Assembly: GCA_035288465.1 (NCBI GenBank)
Contig: DATEAH010000007.1
Location: 2,090-66,089 of the forward strand
Length of the DNA stretch: 64,000 nt
Reading direction: 5' to 3'
DNA from: Patescibacteria group bacterium
GTDB lineage: Bacteria; Patescibacteriota; UBA1384; DATEAH01
Part shown: in pieces, positions 1 to 8,623 of the stretch
How the letters are laid out: every line of letters starts with the position of its first letter
How positions within the stretch are numbered: position 1 is the stretch's first letter
Made by a program: the position numbers and the translations under genes
The notes under the pieces: generated by a model
What the model saw: the letters and a program-made list of their open reading frames with translations, nothing else
What the model was told of the DNA's origin: nothing
Databases searched by the model: none

Positions 1-34
1 GATAACAGGGGTTCGACTCCCCTTGGGGCTACCA
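1..34 (+). tRNA. 3' portion of a tRNA truncated by the window edge (Glu-like T-arm)
   Basis: AGGGG-TTCGACT-CCCCT T-arm, acceptor strand TGGGGCT, then A-CCA; the anticodon lies outside the window. Confidence 0.85.
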
Positions 35-103
35 AATTAATAATTTTTCGAGAAGGCAATAGCTCAAATTGAAGCTAAATTCTCAAGAAAATGAATTTTA
101 GCC

Positions 104-131
104 TTGACAGCCTCAGAGGCTGCTATATAAT
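104..131 (+). promoter_or_regulatory. sigma70-type promoter for the DUF5679-like gene
   Basis: TTGACA 104-109, 16 bp spacer, TATAAT 126-131. Confidence 0.7.
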
Positions 132-242
132 AAATTTGAAGCTAAAGACTCCTGAATATTCTTTCAGGGTAAAGCTAATATGGTCGAAGCTTTCCCGAAA
201 CTCCAGTTTATGCTTTCGGGAAAAACCTCGAAAGGAGGATAG

Positions 243-389
243 ATGTCAGAAGGATATTGTGTAAAGTGCCGCAAGAAGCAAGAAATGCAAAATGCTCAAG
301 CTATCACCATGAAGAATGGTAAACCGGCGATGACCGGAACTTGCCCATCATGTGGTACCAAAATGTTCAAAATTGGTGCAGCTTCCTAA
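243..389 (+). CDS. small zinc-ribbon protein, DUF5679-like, 48 aa (not in ORF track)
   Basis: AGGAGG RBS; MSEGYCVKCRKKQEMQNAQAITMKNGKPAMTGTCPSCGTKMFKIGAAS with two CxxC motifs. Confidence 0.85.
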   Translation: MSEGYCVKCRKKQEMQNAQAITMKNGKPAMTGTCPSCGTKMFKIGAAS

Positions 390-403
390 TTCTCAAATTA
401 CAG

Positions 404-452
404 ATAATAATAAAAAGCGGTCGCTCAAAAAGTGGCCGTTTTTTATTATTAT
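404..452. terminator. bidirectional intrinsic terminator
   Basis: ATAATAATAAAAAGCGGTCGCT...AGTGGCCGTTTTTTATTATTAT inverted repeat with A/T tails. Confidence 0.7.
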
Positions 453-541
453 GTGCTTCTTGACAAATGTTTAATTTAGGAGCATTTTAAAGGTGAGTAA
501 CAGTACATTTACAACTCGAGTTCATCGAGGGGGCAACCTAG

Positions 542-2266
542 ATGAAGCTGGTTGGTCGGTGGTTCTCTTTGATGATGTTATTGTTGGTTTTTTGCATGAA
601 CTCACGCCTTGAAGCGAAAAAATTTGAGATTCAAGCAGAAATTATGGTTGGCCAAATGGTGGCGGGTGATTTGGAAAATCAATTCGGGATTTCTGATAAC
701 CCCGAATTCAATGCCGAAATTCAAAATATTGCGTTGCAATTAGCGCCGCTTGCCCAAAGAGAAGGTATTGACTATCAGTTTAGAGTCTTGAATACCGACG
801 AAGTTAATGCTTACGCGGTGATGGGCGGTAATATTTATATTAATAAAGGTTTACTGAAAGCCTTGGGTTTTGCCAGTAGTGAATTTAATCCACTTCAAAT
901 TTTGCAACAGATGTTTGGCGGCGGTGGTAGCTTGCTTGAACCAATTCCGCCGGCAAAGGACGAATTGGCGTTTATTATGTCGCATGAAATTACACATATA
1001 AAACAAAAACATGGTGTTAAGCAAGTATTATTGAGCATGGGTCTTTCTTTGTTGCTCGGAGATGTTGATTCTAAAAAAGCCGGAGGAGCGGCAAAATTAT
1101 TAGTGGCACAATTACTCACTTCTGGTCGGAGTCGTGACGATGAAAAAGAAGCTGACAAAAAAGGCGTTGAATTAATGGTTGAAGCTGGATATGATCCAGC
1201 GGCAGCTTTGGCAGTAATGCGCCGAATTGAAACCTTATCATCTAATCAAAAAGAATTGGGTATTGAGGGTTTGCTTAGCCGTCAACTGGCGACTCATCCG
1301 CCAACTTCAGATCGGTGCGAAGTTTTAAAGGATAATTTGATAAAGTCCCTGACAGGTTTAACCTTTAAAGCTGATATTGCTTATGCGGCAACACAATATT
1401 TGAATGGTCCTTATAATTATGACGACCCTGCATGGTCTACCAAATTTGAAGATAAAACAAAGAGAAAGATTAGCAATCTTGAATTAGCAAATTCTAGTTA
1501 TCGTAAAATGGGAGAGGAATATTTAGGTCAATGTACATGGTTTGTGGTGGCGGTGAGAGAGGATAACATTCTCCCAATTATTAAAGGTAAAGGCAATGCT
1601 TGGGTTTGGTATGACGCGTTTAAAAATGCAGGATATGGTTGTGGTCCAGAACCCAAAATAGGTTCAATTGCTGTTTGGGATAAAAAGATTGCCGGGACAG
1701 GCCATGTTGCTTTGGTGACAGGTGTTAATGGTGACGGAACATTTGAGGTTTGGGATAGCAACTGGAGCGCTTCATTGGATAGGAAAGTAAGGAACAGGGT
1801 GGTATACTCGAAAAATAATATTACTGGTTTTGTGTATTGGCCGAATGGCAAAACAGAACCAGACAAGATATTGATTTCTCCAGATCCACAAATTCCAAAC
1901 CAGCCGCGCAATATAATCGATATTCAAAATGAGCAATTTCATCTTGGAGATAATCAGGCGGATTCAAAAACGATTTGGCTTAAAGAATTCGCTCTTTCAG
2001 CTGCAGATTTAGCAAATCGGACCAAAGCCAAATTATCTTTGAAAGTTAAAGGCACCCCGAAAAAAGACCCAATTATTTATATTAACCGTCAAAAAATAGG
2101 TTATGCAATCACGCAGACCGACGAATGGGAGGATTTTTCTTTCCCATTTGATCCTAAAATTCTGCAGGCTGGCAATAACTTGATTGATATCGAGACCATT
2201 ATTGCCAATTTGTGGCAGACCTTTGATGAGTGTGAGATCCAAAATATTCAATTAATTTTTGAATAA
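542..2266 (+). CDS. secreted M48 metalloprotease fused to a CHAP domain and a C-terminal beta-sandwich domain
   Basis: signal peptide; VNAYAVMGG, HEITH (HExxH), E in DDEKEAD, THP; CHAP motifs GQCTWFV, GNAWVW, GHVALV, DSNW. Confidence 0.85.
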   Translation: MKLVGRWFSLMMLLLVFCMNSRLEAKKFEIQAEIMVGQMVAGDLENQFGISDNPEFNAEIQNIALQLAPLAQREGIDYQFRVLNTDEVNAYAVMGGNIYINKGLLKALGFASSEFNPLQILQQMFGGGGSLLEPIPPAKDELAFIMSHEITHIKQKHGVKQVLLSMGLSLLLGDVDSKKAGGAAKLLVAQLLTSGRSRDDEKEADKKGVELMVEAGYDPAAALAVMRRIETLSSNQKELGIEGLLSRQLATHPPTSDRCEVLKDNLIKSLTGLTFKADIAYAATQYLNGPYNYDDPAWSTKFEDKTKRKISNLELANSSYRKMGEEYLGQCTWFVVAVREDNILPIIKGKGNAWVWYDAFKNAGYGCGPEPKIGSIAVWDKKIAGTGHVALVTGVNGDGTFEVWDSNWSASLDRKVRNRVVYSKNNITGFVYWPNGKTEPDKILISPDPQIPNQPRNIIDIQNEQFHLGDNQADSKTIWLKEFALSAADLANRTKAKLSLKVKGTPKKDPIIYINRQKIGYAITQTDEWEDFSFPFDPKILQAGNNLIDIETIIANLWQTFDECEIQNIQLIFE

Positions 2267-2281
2267 GAAGATTTTTTTACC

Positions 2282-2324
2282 AGCCGTTGCAGGCGAACTC
2301 GACCCACTTGCGACGGCTTTTTTT
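2282..2324 (+). terminator. intrinsic terminator
   Basis: AGCCGTTGCAGG...CTTGCGACGGCT stem followed by a T run. Confidence 0.65.
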
Positions 2325-2384
2325 ATTGTCTCGATGACGATAATCCCGCATTCCAAGCGTTATTAATAGGAAAGTCTGCGGGAT
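2323..2384 (+). repeat. dispersed two-hairpin repeat, copy 1
   Basis: TTATTGTC-TCGAT-GACGATAA followed by ATCCCGCA...TGCGGGAT; matches copies at 2932, 25596 and 60099. Confidence 0.9.
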
Positions 2385-2488
2385 AGTTGACATAAAACTT
2401 GATTTTTTGGTAATTATATTGTAAATTATGATTGATTTTAAAACATCCCAATCCGCACACCCTGATCAGCCAAGGAGAGCGATGAACC

Positions 2489-2860
2489 GTGAAAAACGGA
2501 CTGAAACTGTTGGCAATATTTACTATCCTCCTTTTCGTTCTACCGATGCTCAATATATGTTGCTCAAAATCAAATAGTATTGTTGGAACATGGGAAGTTC
2601 AATCTGGCTGCGGCCCAATTCAAATTAACTTTAATAAAGATGGCACGGGTTCAATGACTACCCCGATTGATAATCAGAACTTTAATTGGAAAATTGAAGG
2701 TAATGAGATCGTTCTTGAGTCAACACTCCGCCATAGTAGTATTTCAGGCGAAACCCACACGAATCCAAAAATACAAAGATATCCTTATAGATTAGAAGAG
2801 AATGTTCTCACGATTCATTATTCTGATGGGACAGCTTATGCTTTTCATCGCCTTAATTAA
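2489..2860 (+). CDS. small exported or lipoprotein, lipocalin-like (DUF5640-like)
   Basis: hydrophobic N-terminus followed by Cys; IVGTW and FNKDGTG motifs. Confidence 0.6.
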   Translation: MKNGLKLLAIFTILLFVLPMLNICCSKSNSIVGTWEVQSGCGPIQINFNKDGTGSMTTPIDNQNFNWKIEGNEIVLESTLRHSSISGETHTNPKIQRYPYRLEENVLTIHYSDGTAYAFHRLN

Positions 2861-2890
2861 GTTCTAACCTATTTATTTCTATTCATTATT

Positions 2891-2933
2891 GCCGAGAGGC
2901 ACCAAGACCCAACTTAGCCTTTCGGCTTTTTTT
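2891..2933 (+). terminator. intrinsic terminator
   Basis: GCCGAGAGGC...GCCTTTCGGC stem followed by a T run. Confidence 0.7.
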
Positions 2934-2992
2934 ATTGCCTCGACGACGATAATCCCGCATTCCAAGTGTTATGGCAGGAAAGTCTGCGGGAT
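2932..2992 (+). repeat. dispersed two-hairpin repeat, copy 2
   Basis: TTATTGCCTCGACGACGATAATCCCGCATTCC...GGAAAGTCTGCGGGAT. Confidence 0.9.
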
Positions 2993-3001
2993 TGTTAATT
3001 T

Positions 3002-3751
3002 TTAGTACGATTTGATAATATCTCGATAAATTTGATAGGCTTTTTCGCCGCGCCAATTTGAGGGGAGGAATTGTTTGGGGAGTTGGGGATCGTCCCGATA
3101 AATTTGCGCAAACTCCATTTCTAAAAAATTGGCCACTAAGGGCCAAAATTTTCCTCTTTTCGTGCGATGGACGTGCTTGATAAATTGTTGGTATTGAGCG
3201 TTAATTTCGTTGAGTTTCCAGATTTTTTGAATGGTGCTTTTTTCCCGGTCAATTCGATCTGCTTCCGCCAGAGTCATGTATTGCCTGATGCCGAGCTCAT
3301 TGGAAAGGCGGTTGATGGCGCCCAGGAGCGGATGGGGGGAGATATAGACGCCTTTTTGGATTTTTTTGAAGCTCATTTCCGCTAATTTTTTTTGAAGCTC
3401 AAGTCGGTAGGGGCGTTCTTTTTCCGGAAGGCTAAATATCACCATTCGCCATTTGCCGTCCCAGGGATCAAATTTTCGAAATGGTAGTCTGGGCAAAATT
3501 CTGAGCCGACCGCGATTGGTGAGGCTGGGAATTTTATGATGATAACGATGGGTAGTGGTGATTAAGCCCCGTTTTTTAAGAATAGACAATTCTTTCTGAA
3601 GCGTGGCCAAGGAATATGTAGTTTTATAAAAGCGACGAAAAATTTGCTGCAATTGAGAATAAGAGAGCGTGTAATTGATCTCGGGCAGGCAATAGTTAAT
3701 AAAAATCAATAATTTTTCTTGTAAACTGAGATGCTGTTTTATTCTGACCAT
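3002..3751 (-). CDS. PaaX-family transcriptional regulator
   Basis: N-terminal winged helix; WDGKWRMVIFSLPE...R..L...GVYISP central domain; DPQLPKQFLPSNWRG C-terminal motif. Confidence 0.85.
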   Translation of the reverse strand: MVRIKQHLSLQEKLLIFINYCLPEINYTLSYSQLQQIFRRFYKTTYSLATLQKELSILKKRGLITTTHRYHHKIPSLTNRGRLRILPRLPFRKFDPWDGKWRMVIFSLPEKERPYRLELQKKLAEMSFKKIQKGVYISPHPLLGAINRLSNELGIRQYMTLAEADRIDREKSTIQKIWKLNEINAQYQQFIKHVHRTKRGKFWPLVANFLEMEFAQIYRDDPQLPKQFLPSNWRGEKAYQIYRDIIKSY

Positions 3752-3821
3752 AATTGTATTTTATCTCAAAAGATTAACTTTTTCCAATAAATATGTTAAA
3801 ATATTATCAACTCAGGAAAGG

Positions 3822-4853
3822 GTGATCCAGATGAAAGTCCCACGGCCGATCCTCTTTGTCATTATCGGTGTAGTTATAATTGCCGCAACCTTCAGTTTTT
3901 GGTTTTACCAAAAGAAAACTCAGGAACGAATTTGCGAACAAGCTTTGGTCACGAGTTGGTCTTCGGTTATTGGCTTAATGGAAGATATCGGAACCACAAT
4001 TAAGGAAAAAAATCTTGATTTTGCCGATGTTAGCCGATGCTCGAGCGAATGTTACGCCAAACTCAGTGATATGCAAAAAGCAGTGACAGCGCTGGATGAA
4101 ACGGCAAAATTTGCAAAAACCAAATCTGATTTAGTAGGTATAATCCGAGATTCAATGGATTTGATGGAAGATGTTAAGGATTGCTGTGACCAATGGCAGA
4201 CGGCGAATTTTCGAAAATTGGAACTGAAGATCGCTTCAATCAAGCAAGTCGCAGAAAGCACCTTTACAACCTGGCCAACTAGCAGTATGCGCGTCAGGCA
4301 ACCTCAATTAGCATCTCTAAACACTATTCCAACGCAATTTAACAAAATGAGAAACGCCCGCAAACAGACCGCAACTCCTTCCATATTTCCGACTATGATG
4401 TCGATTCCGATTAGCAGAGATTCATTACCAGCCGCGGGTTGGGTTCAGGTAATGACCCCATCTCGTCCAAACTTAGAAGTTTGGTATAGCCCAAACGCAA
4501 ACGATTATTTTCGATCAATGCAATCTTTGCTCAAGGCCTACAAAGGTCTTCGAGGAGACCTCGATGAATATATCGAACGTGCCAAAAAGCAGGGTTGGGT
4601 TTATGGCAGTGCTTATAGCCAATTTTATGATCGTGCTTATGAGTCGCGGCAAAATATTTACAACGCCATGAACGGATTGCCAATTTCTCATGGGTTTGGT
4701 GCTCAGCATCAAGAGGCTTTAAATTGTGTCCTTCGCGGTCTAAATGCGATGGATGCCTTAAAAGCCGGCGATTACTCCACCTTTCATAATCTTTCTACCA
4801 TTAATACTAATGCTTTAAGACGAGTTATGAATGAATATGATCTTAGGGGGTGA
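3822..4853 (+). CDS. hypothetical membrane-anchored helical protein
   Basis: GGAAAG RBS, N-terminal TM helix, 343 aa ORF overlapping the next gene (GTGA). Confidence 0.7.
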   Translation: MIQMKVPRPILFVIIGVVIIAATFSFWFYQKKTQERICEQALVTSWSSVIGLMEDIGTTIKEKNLDFADVSRCSSECYAKLSDMQKAVTALDETAKFAKTKSDLVGIIRDSMDLMEDVKDCCDQWQTANFRKLELKIASIKQVAESTFTTWPTSSMRVRQPQLASLNTIPTQFNKMRNARKQTATPSIFPTMMSIPISRDSLPAAGWVQVMTPSRPNLEVWYSPNANDYFRSMQSLLKAYKGLRGDLDEYIERAKKQGWVYGSAYSQFYDRAYESRQNIYNAMNGLPISHGFGAQHQEALNCVLRGLNAMDALKAGDYSTFHNLSTINTNALRRVMNEYDLRG

Positions 4854-5590
4854 GATTCTTGAAATGGCAAATCACTACGTTTTTTATTATTGCCGCATCA
4901 CTGCTTAGTTTATATTTTTATTCTGATAATCATTTGCGAGTTTTGAAAAGTGAAGCGGCGATCGTGCATAATTCCAGCACCGCGCTGCAGGCTCAACGAA
5001 TGAGCCTGCCGGTTGCTTTGCCTGAACGCGAACTTAAACCGAAAATGACACCACCAGAATCAAATCTTTCGACACCAATGAAAAAAATTACCCAAAAAAC
5101 CGCACCTCATTCAGCGAAACAAGCCAAACTTAAATTATCATCAGATTATTATCAGATTTATAATCCCAAGGCAGAAGTAGATTATATCTTAGTTAATCTT
5201 GACACTCAGCAGCTTCACGCTTTTTCGGGTCAAACCTTGGTGCTGACCGAAAAAATTTCCGCAGCTTCAAGCAATATTAATATTCCGTCAGATTATGATC
5301 TTGAAGGTCCTCACAACCATTTTGGAAACTTTTCAGTCATCAATAAAGTTGTTAATGGTTTTAGCCATCAATTCAATTGTCCTATGCCCTATGCCCTGTA
5401 TTATTTTAAAGGTCATGCGATTCATCAAACCGAACCTCAATATTATCACCTTTTAGGCACCCCAGCCAGCCACGGCTGTATCCGCGAGGGACCCGTGGTG
5501 GCTAAATGGTTATTTGATCATACCTCGGTTGGTACTCCAATTAAAATTTTTTCTTCGAATTCAAACTATCAGCGAGAATTAGCGTATTAA
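4850..5590 (+). CDS. L,D-transpeptidase (YkuD family)
   Basis: ILVNLDTQQL...MPYALYY...AIH...PASHGCIR...VGTPI motifs; N-terminal anchor. Confidence 0.88.
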   Translation: MRFLKWQITTFFIIAASLLSLYFYSDNHLRVLKSEAAIVHNSSTALQAQRMSLPVALPERELKPKMTPPESNLSTPMKKITQKTAPHSAKQAKLKLSSDYYQIYNPKAEVDYILVNLDTQQLHAFSGQTLVLTEKISAASSNINIPSDYDLEGPHNHFGNFSVINKVVNGFSHQFNCPMPYALYYFKGHAIHQTEPQYYHLLGTPASHGCIREGPVVAKWLFDHTSVGTPIKIFSSNSNYQRELAY

Positions 5591-5795
5591 GTTCAATGCG
5601 ACATTCTCGCTTTTTTTTGTTATTCATGATATATTATCATACTCTTTTTTATTTTTATCGTCAAGTTTTTGGTATGATTTAAGAATAATTTTATGAAGTC
5701 AGGGGTATTAATTATTGACTTTTTTCTTATTTTAGTGTAATATTTTATGTGACTAAGGAGCTTGTTCCTTAAGCTCTTTAACAACTCAAAAGGAG

Positions 5796-6797
5796 ATGGT
5801 CAGGATGAGAAAGTCGTTGTTGTCAATCGCGATTTTTCTTTTCTTTCTTCGTGTGGGTTTTGCTCAGATTGGACCCGAGGCTCCAATTCTTGGCAAGAGC
5901 GTATTAGGTCTCAACGGAATAGCTGTTTTGGAAGTAGCTTCTCCTTCTGAATATTCATACAATCCTGCCGCTGTTCCTTTGGCGCTGAAAATATTTAATG
6001 AAGAAAAGTATGCTGAAATTGATTACGGTTTGATCAATTTTGCGAAAGGTCCGACCGTAGAAAATACTTGGCAGTATTGTTCTTTTCGAACAAGTCAGGA
6101 TTCAGCCATGCGTGTAGCTCGATATACCATTAAATCAAATTCAAAACCAATTATATATCTTGGACCAGACCTTCTAGTAAAGTTTGAAGGAGAGACATAC
6201 GAAGTTACTTATGGAAAGATGTTTTCGGAAAAAGTGGGCTTTGGCGTAGCCGTCGTCCCTTACGAAAACATTAAAACCAAACTTTCAGCTGATAACATAC
6301 AGCTTGGTGTAGGTGAAGCCAAATCGGATCTGCACTTTAGAGTTGGTGGGATATATCTTATCCAATCGAATCTGAGTGTGGGAGTCGTCTTTACTAAAGA
6401 CAAAATAAACGCTTCAACCCTTCTTTCTCCGCTTCTTTCAGGATCGTCCGAGCCAATTAATTTAAATGCCGATTATAATGAGAAGTTGTGGACAGTTGGT
6501 GTGGCTTGGCAGCCAAAGCAAGGTACGGGGCTATACTCCACTTGGCAAAAGGGGGATATTACAGGTCCAAACCTTCATGAGGATATTGATCTTAAAGCTT
6601 TTGGACTCCAGCAATTTTTGAGTCCAAAACTATGTATTAGGGTTGGTCTTTATGATACTGTTCCTGGATATCAAGTTACCTATTATGGTGATAAATGGAA
6701 TATTGGTGTTTCTTTTTCAAATAATACATACCGTCGGAGTGAAGCTTTTCTCGGATCGGCGGATACCTTTTATATTTGGGCTGGTGGGAGTTTCTGA
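5796..6797 (+). CDS. exported beta-barrel-like protein resembling the FadL/PorV superfamily
   Basis: AAGGAG RBS; signal peptide; GLNGIAV...SEYSYNPAAV resembles the FadL/PorV hatch motif; amphipathic beta-strands; C-terminal YIWAGGSF. Confidence 0.55.
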   Translation: MVRMRKSLLSIAIFLFFLRVGFAQIGPEAPILGKSVLGLNGIAVLEVASPSEYSYNPAAVPLALKIFNEEKYAEIDYGLINFAKGPTVENTWQYCSFRTSQDSAMRVARYTIKSNSKPIIYLGPDLLVKFEGETYEVTYGKMFSEKVGFGVAVVPYENIKTKLSADNIQLGVGEAKSDLHFRVGGIYLIQSNLSVGVVFTKDKINASTLLSPLLSGSSEPINLNADYNEKLWTVGVAWQPKQGTGLYSTWQKGDITGPNLHEDIDLKAFGLQQFLSPKLCIRVGLYDTVPGYQVTYYGDKWNIGVSFSNNTYRRSEAFLGSADTFYIWAGGSF

Positions 6798-6836
6798 ATT
6801 CTATCAATAAAAAATACCCGAGAGAGGTGAAAGAAA

Positions 6837-7118
6837 ATGTATGAAGAAACGAGCCGAATAGTCGTAGTCTTAACAAGTATCATTATTACGATCGGGTTAT
6901 ATTCACAAGGTATTAAGATTTGGAAAACTCGTAGCGCTAAGGATTTTTCCTTTATGCTAATAGTAGCTTTGTTCCTTGACTGGATGAGTTGGTATAACTA
7001 TGGTTTCATGTTACACGAATGGCCAATAATTCTAATTGGATCACTAAGTTTTCCTGGAGTTGTATTGGTCTGTTCCGGCTACATCAAGTACCGAGGGGGC
7101 GAAAATAATGTGGAGTGA
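6837..7118 (+). CDS. SemiSWEET/PQ-loop family small transporter
   Basis: three TM helices; Q..KIWKTRSAKDFS and W..YG....WPII..G motifs. Confidence 0.75.
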   Translation: MYEETSRIVVVLTSIIITIGLYSQGIKIWKTRSAKDFSFMLIVALFLDWMSWYNYGFMLHEWPIILIGSLSFPGVVLVCSGYIKYRGGENNVE

Positions 7119-7911
7119 TTTCTACGCGGAGCTGGTTAACAGGAACATTGGCGTAATTACAGTGGATGAGCAAGATATGTTAAGAAATTCTTGTATTGCA
7201 GTTGCTGGTTGTGGTGGAATGGGAGGTTATTCTGCCGAACAATTAGTACGTTTAGGCGTTGGTCACATTAAAATTGCTGATTTTGATAATTTCGAGGTTC
7301 ACAATATCAGCCGTCAGGCAGGATCAAGTTTTATTACTGTGGGTCAACCCAAAACCCTAGTTCTATCTTCTTATTTTAAGCAGATAAATCCTGAACTTCA
7401 TCTTGAGTCATTTCCTGAAGGGGTTCAGCCTGAAAACGCGGCTGAGTTTGTCAGGGATGCTGATATTGTTATCGATGCGATTGACTACACTTGTTTGTAC
7501 AACTCGGTCGTTTTGCATCGTGAGGCGCGCAAGCAAGGTTTGTGCTTGATTAACCCTCAGGCAATTGCTTTTGGGGTGAGTGTTTTGGTTTTTGGACCAG
7601 GGACCCAAACCCTTGAGGAATACGTTGGTTTGCCCGAAGGTGCTACCAGAGAAGAAATTGAAAAGTTTATACCACCGATTGAAAAATTTTGTCCTTATTT
7701 CCCAAGTTATATAGACAAAAATATCGCCATGAAAGCAGCGACTGGGCAAATTAATATTCCTAATATTATTATGCCCCAATGTTTGGGAACAGCGATAGCT
7801 GTTTCTGAAGCTACGATGATGATTTTGGGAAGAATTCCTCAACCTCAAGGGCCAAATCCAAGAATTTTCATCTTGGATCTCCAAGACAGGTTTTTCAAAT
7901 GCATAGAGTGA
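7108..7911 (+). CDS. ThiF/E1-like adenylyltransferase
   Basis: RNIG, IAVAGCGGMGG, IADFDNFEVHNISRQ, VIDAID; start taken as ATG 7108 after GAGGGGG; no CxxC zinc motifs. Confidence 0.9.
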   Translation: MWSDFYAELVNRNIGVITVDEQDMLRNSCIAVAGCGGMGGYSAEQLVRLGVGHIKIADFDNFEVHNISRQAGSSFITVGQPKTLVLSSYFKQINPELHLESFPEGVQPENAAEFVRDADIVIDAIDYTCLYNSVVLHREARKQGLCLINPQAIAFGVSVLVFGPGTQTLEEYVGLPEGATREEIEKFIPPIEKFCPYFPSYIDKNIAMKAATGQINIPNIIMPQCLGTAIAVSEATMMILGRIPQPQGPNPRIFILDLQDRFFKCIE

Positions 7912-7929
7912 CAAAGGAGGTGGGACGGA

Positions 7930-8541
7930 ATGCTCGAGTTCCGGCAGGCTAATGGTAGGGATGAATTGATGAAAGTTTTTAAATTGCGGTATCAGGTTTA
8001 TTGTCTCGAGAAGTGTTTTTTGCCATCATCGGATTACCCTGAGGGTGTTGAAGTTGACGAATTTGATACGGCGTCTGTTCATTTTGTCGCAATGCATACC
8101 GTTGATGGTCAGGAATTGGTTGGAACAATGCGTTTAATACTTGATTCGGACAATGGTTTTCCGGTTGAGAAGCATTTCAGGCTAACTAAACCCATTACAA
8201 ACCGACAAACAACGATCGAACTTTCTCGGTTGATTGTTGCTCCATCGGCAAGGATAATTGCTATTCCTATTTTGATGGGTTTAGCTCGTGAGATTTATTG
8301 GTATTGCAATGATCATCAGATTGAGGATTGCTATGCAGTTTTAGAGGAGCCGTTGCTTAAGATGCTGAAGAGGATTAGATTTCCTTTCCATGTGGCTGGT
8401 AAGGAACAGTGGTATATGGGTGGTCTAACCCGACCAGCATATTTATCGGTTTCTGAAACGGTGAGAGTAATGGTTCGTAGTAATGCTATATTTAGAGAGT
8501 ATCTTACTGAGTCAAAGGGCAATCCCATGATTCTTAGTTAG
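7930..8541 (+). CDS. GNAT acyltransferase, N-acyl amino acid synthase (FeeM-like) / LuxI-like
   Basis: AGGAGG RBS; FKLRYQVYCLE..F, EVDEFD, VGTMRLI, IELSRL motifs. Confidence 0.85.
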   Translation: MLEFRQANGRDELMKVFKLRYQVYCLEKCFLPSSDYPEGVEVDEFDTASVHFVAMHTVDGQELVGTMRLILDSDNGFPVEKHFRLTKPITNRQTTIELSRLIVAPSARIIAIPILMGLAREIYWYCNDHQIEDCYAVLEEPLLKMLKRIRFPFHVAGKEQWYMGGLTRPAYLSVSETVRVMVRSNAIFREYLTESKGNPMILS

Positions 8542-8581
8542 CGGGGCGACTAGCTTCACAAGCGAGTTTCCCCGTTTTTTT
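8541..8581 (+). terminator. intrinsic terminator ending the four-gene operon
   Basis: GCGGGG...TCCCGT stem followed by a T run. Confidence 0.55.
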
Positions 8582-8623
8582 ATTTTTACAAATATTGTAT
8601 AATTAATTTAGATAAGGGGGTAA

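Noticed and set aside
515-2302. Complementarity between 5' UTR and terminator loop (TCGAGTTC/GAACTCGA; similar 6-7 bp cases at two other genes)
   Set aside because: The matches are short and missing from other accessory genes, so chance cannot be excluded.
2323-2992. Repeat copies as a CRISPR array or integron attC sites
   Set aside because: The copies are about 550 bp apart and otherwise dispersed; no clear RYYYAAC/GTTRRRY attC ends and no integrase nearby.
3002-3751. Cas2-like central domain suggesting a CRISPR-Cas locus
   Set aside because: The protein has the full PaaX architecture; no cas1 and no repeat-spacer array are present in the window.
7108-7911. Thiamine/molybdopterin biosynthesis or a ubiquitin-like defence system
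   Set aside because: No ThiS/MoaD/Ubl, E2, JAB or cyclase gene is adjacent; the acyltransferase context fits small-molecule synthesis better.
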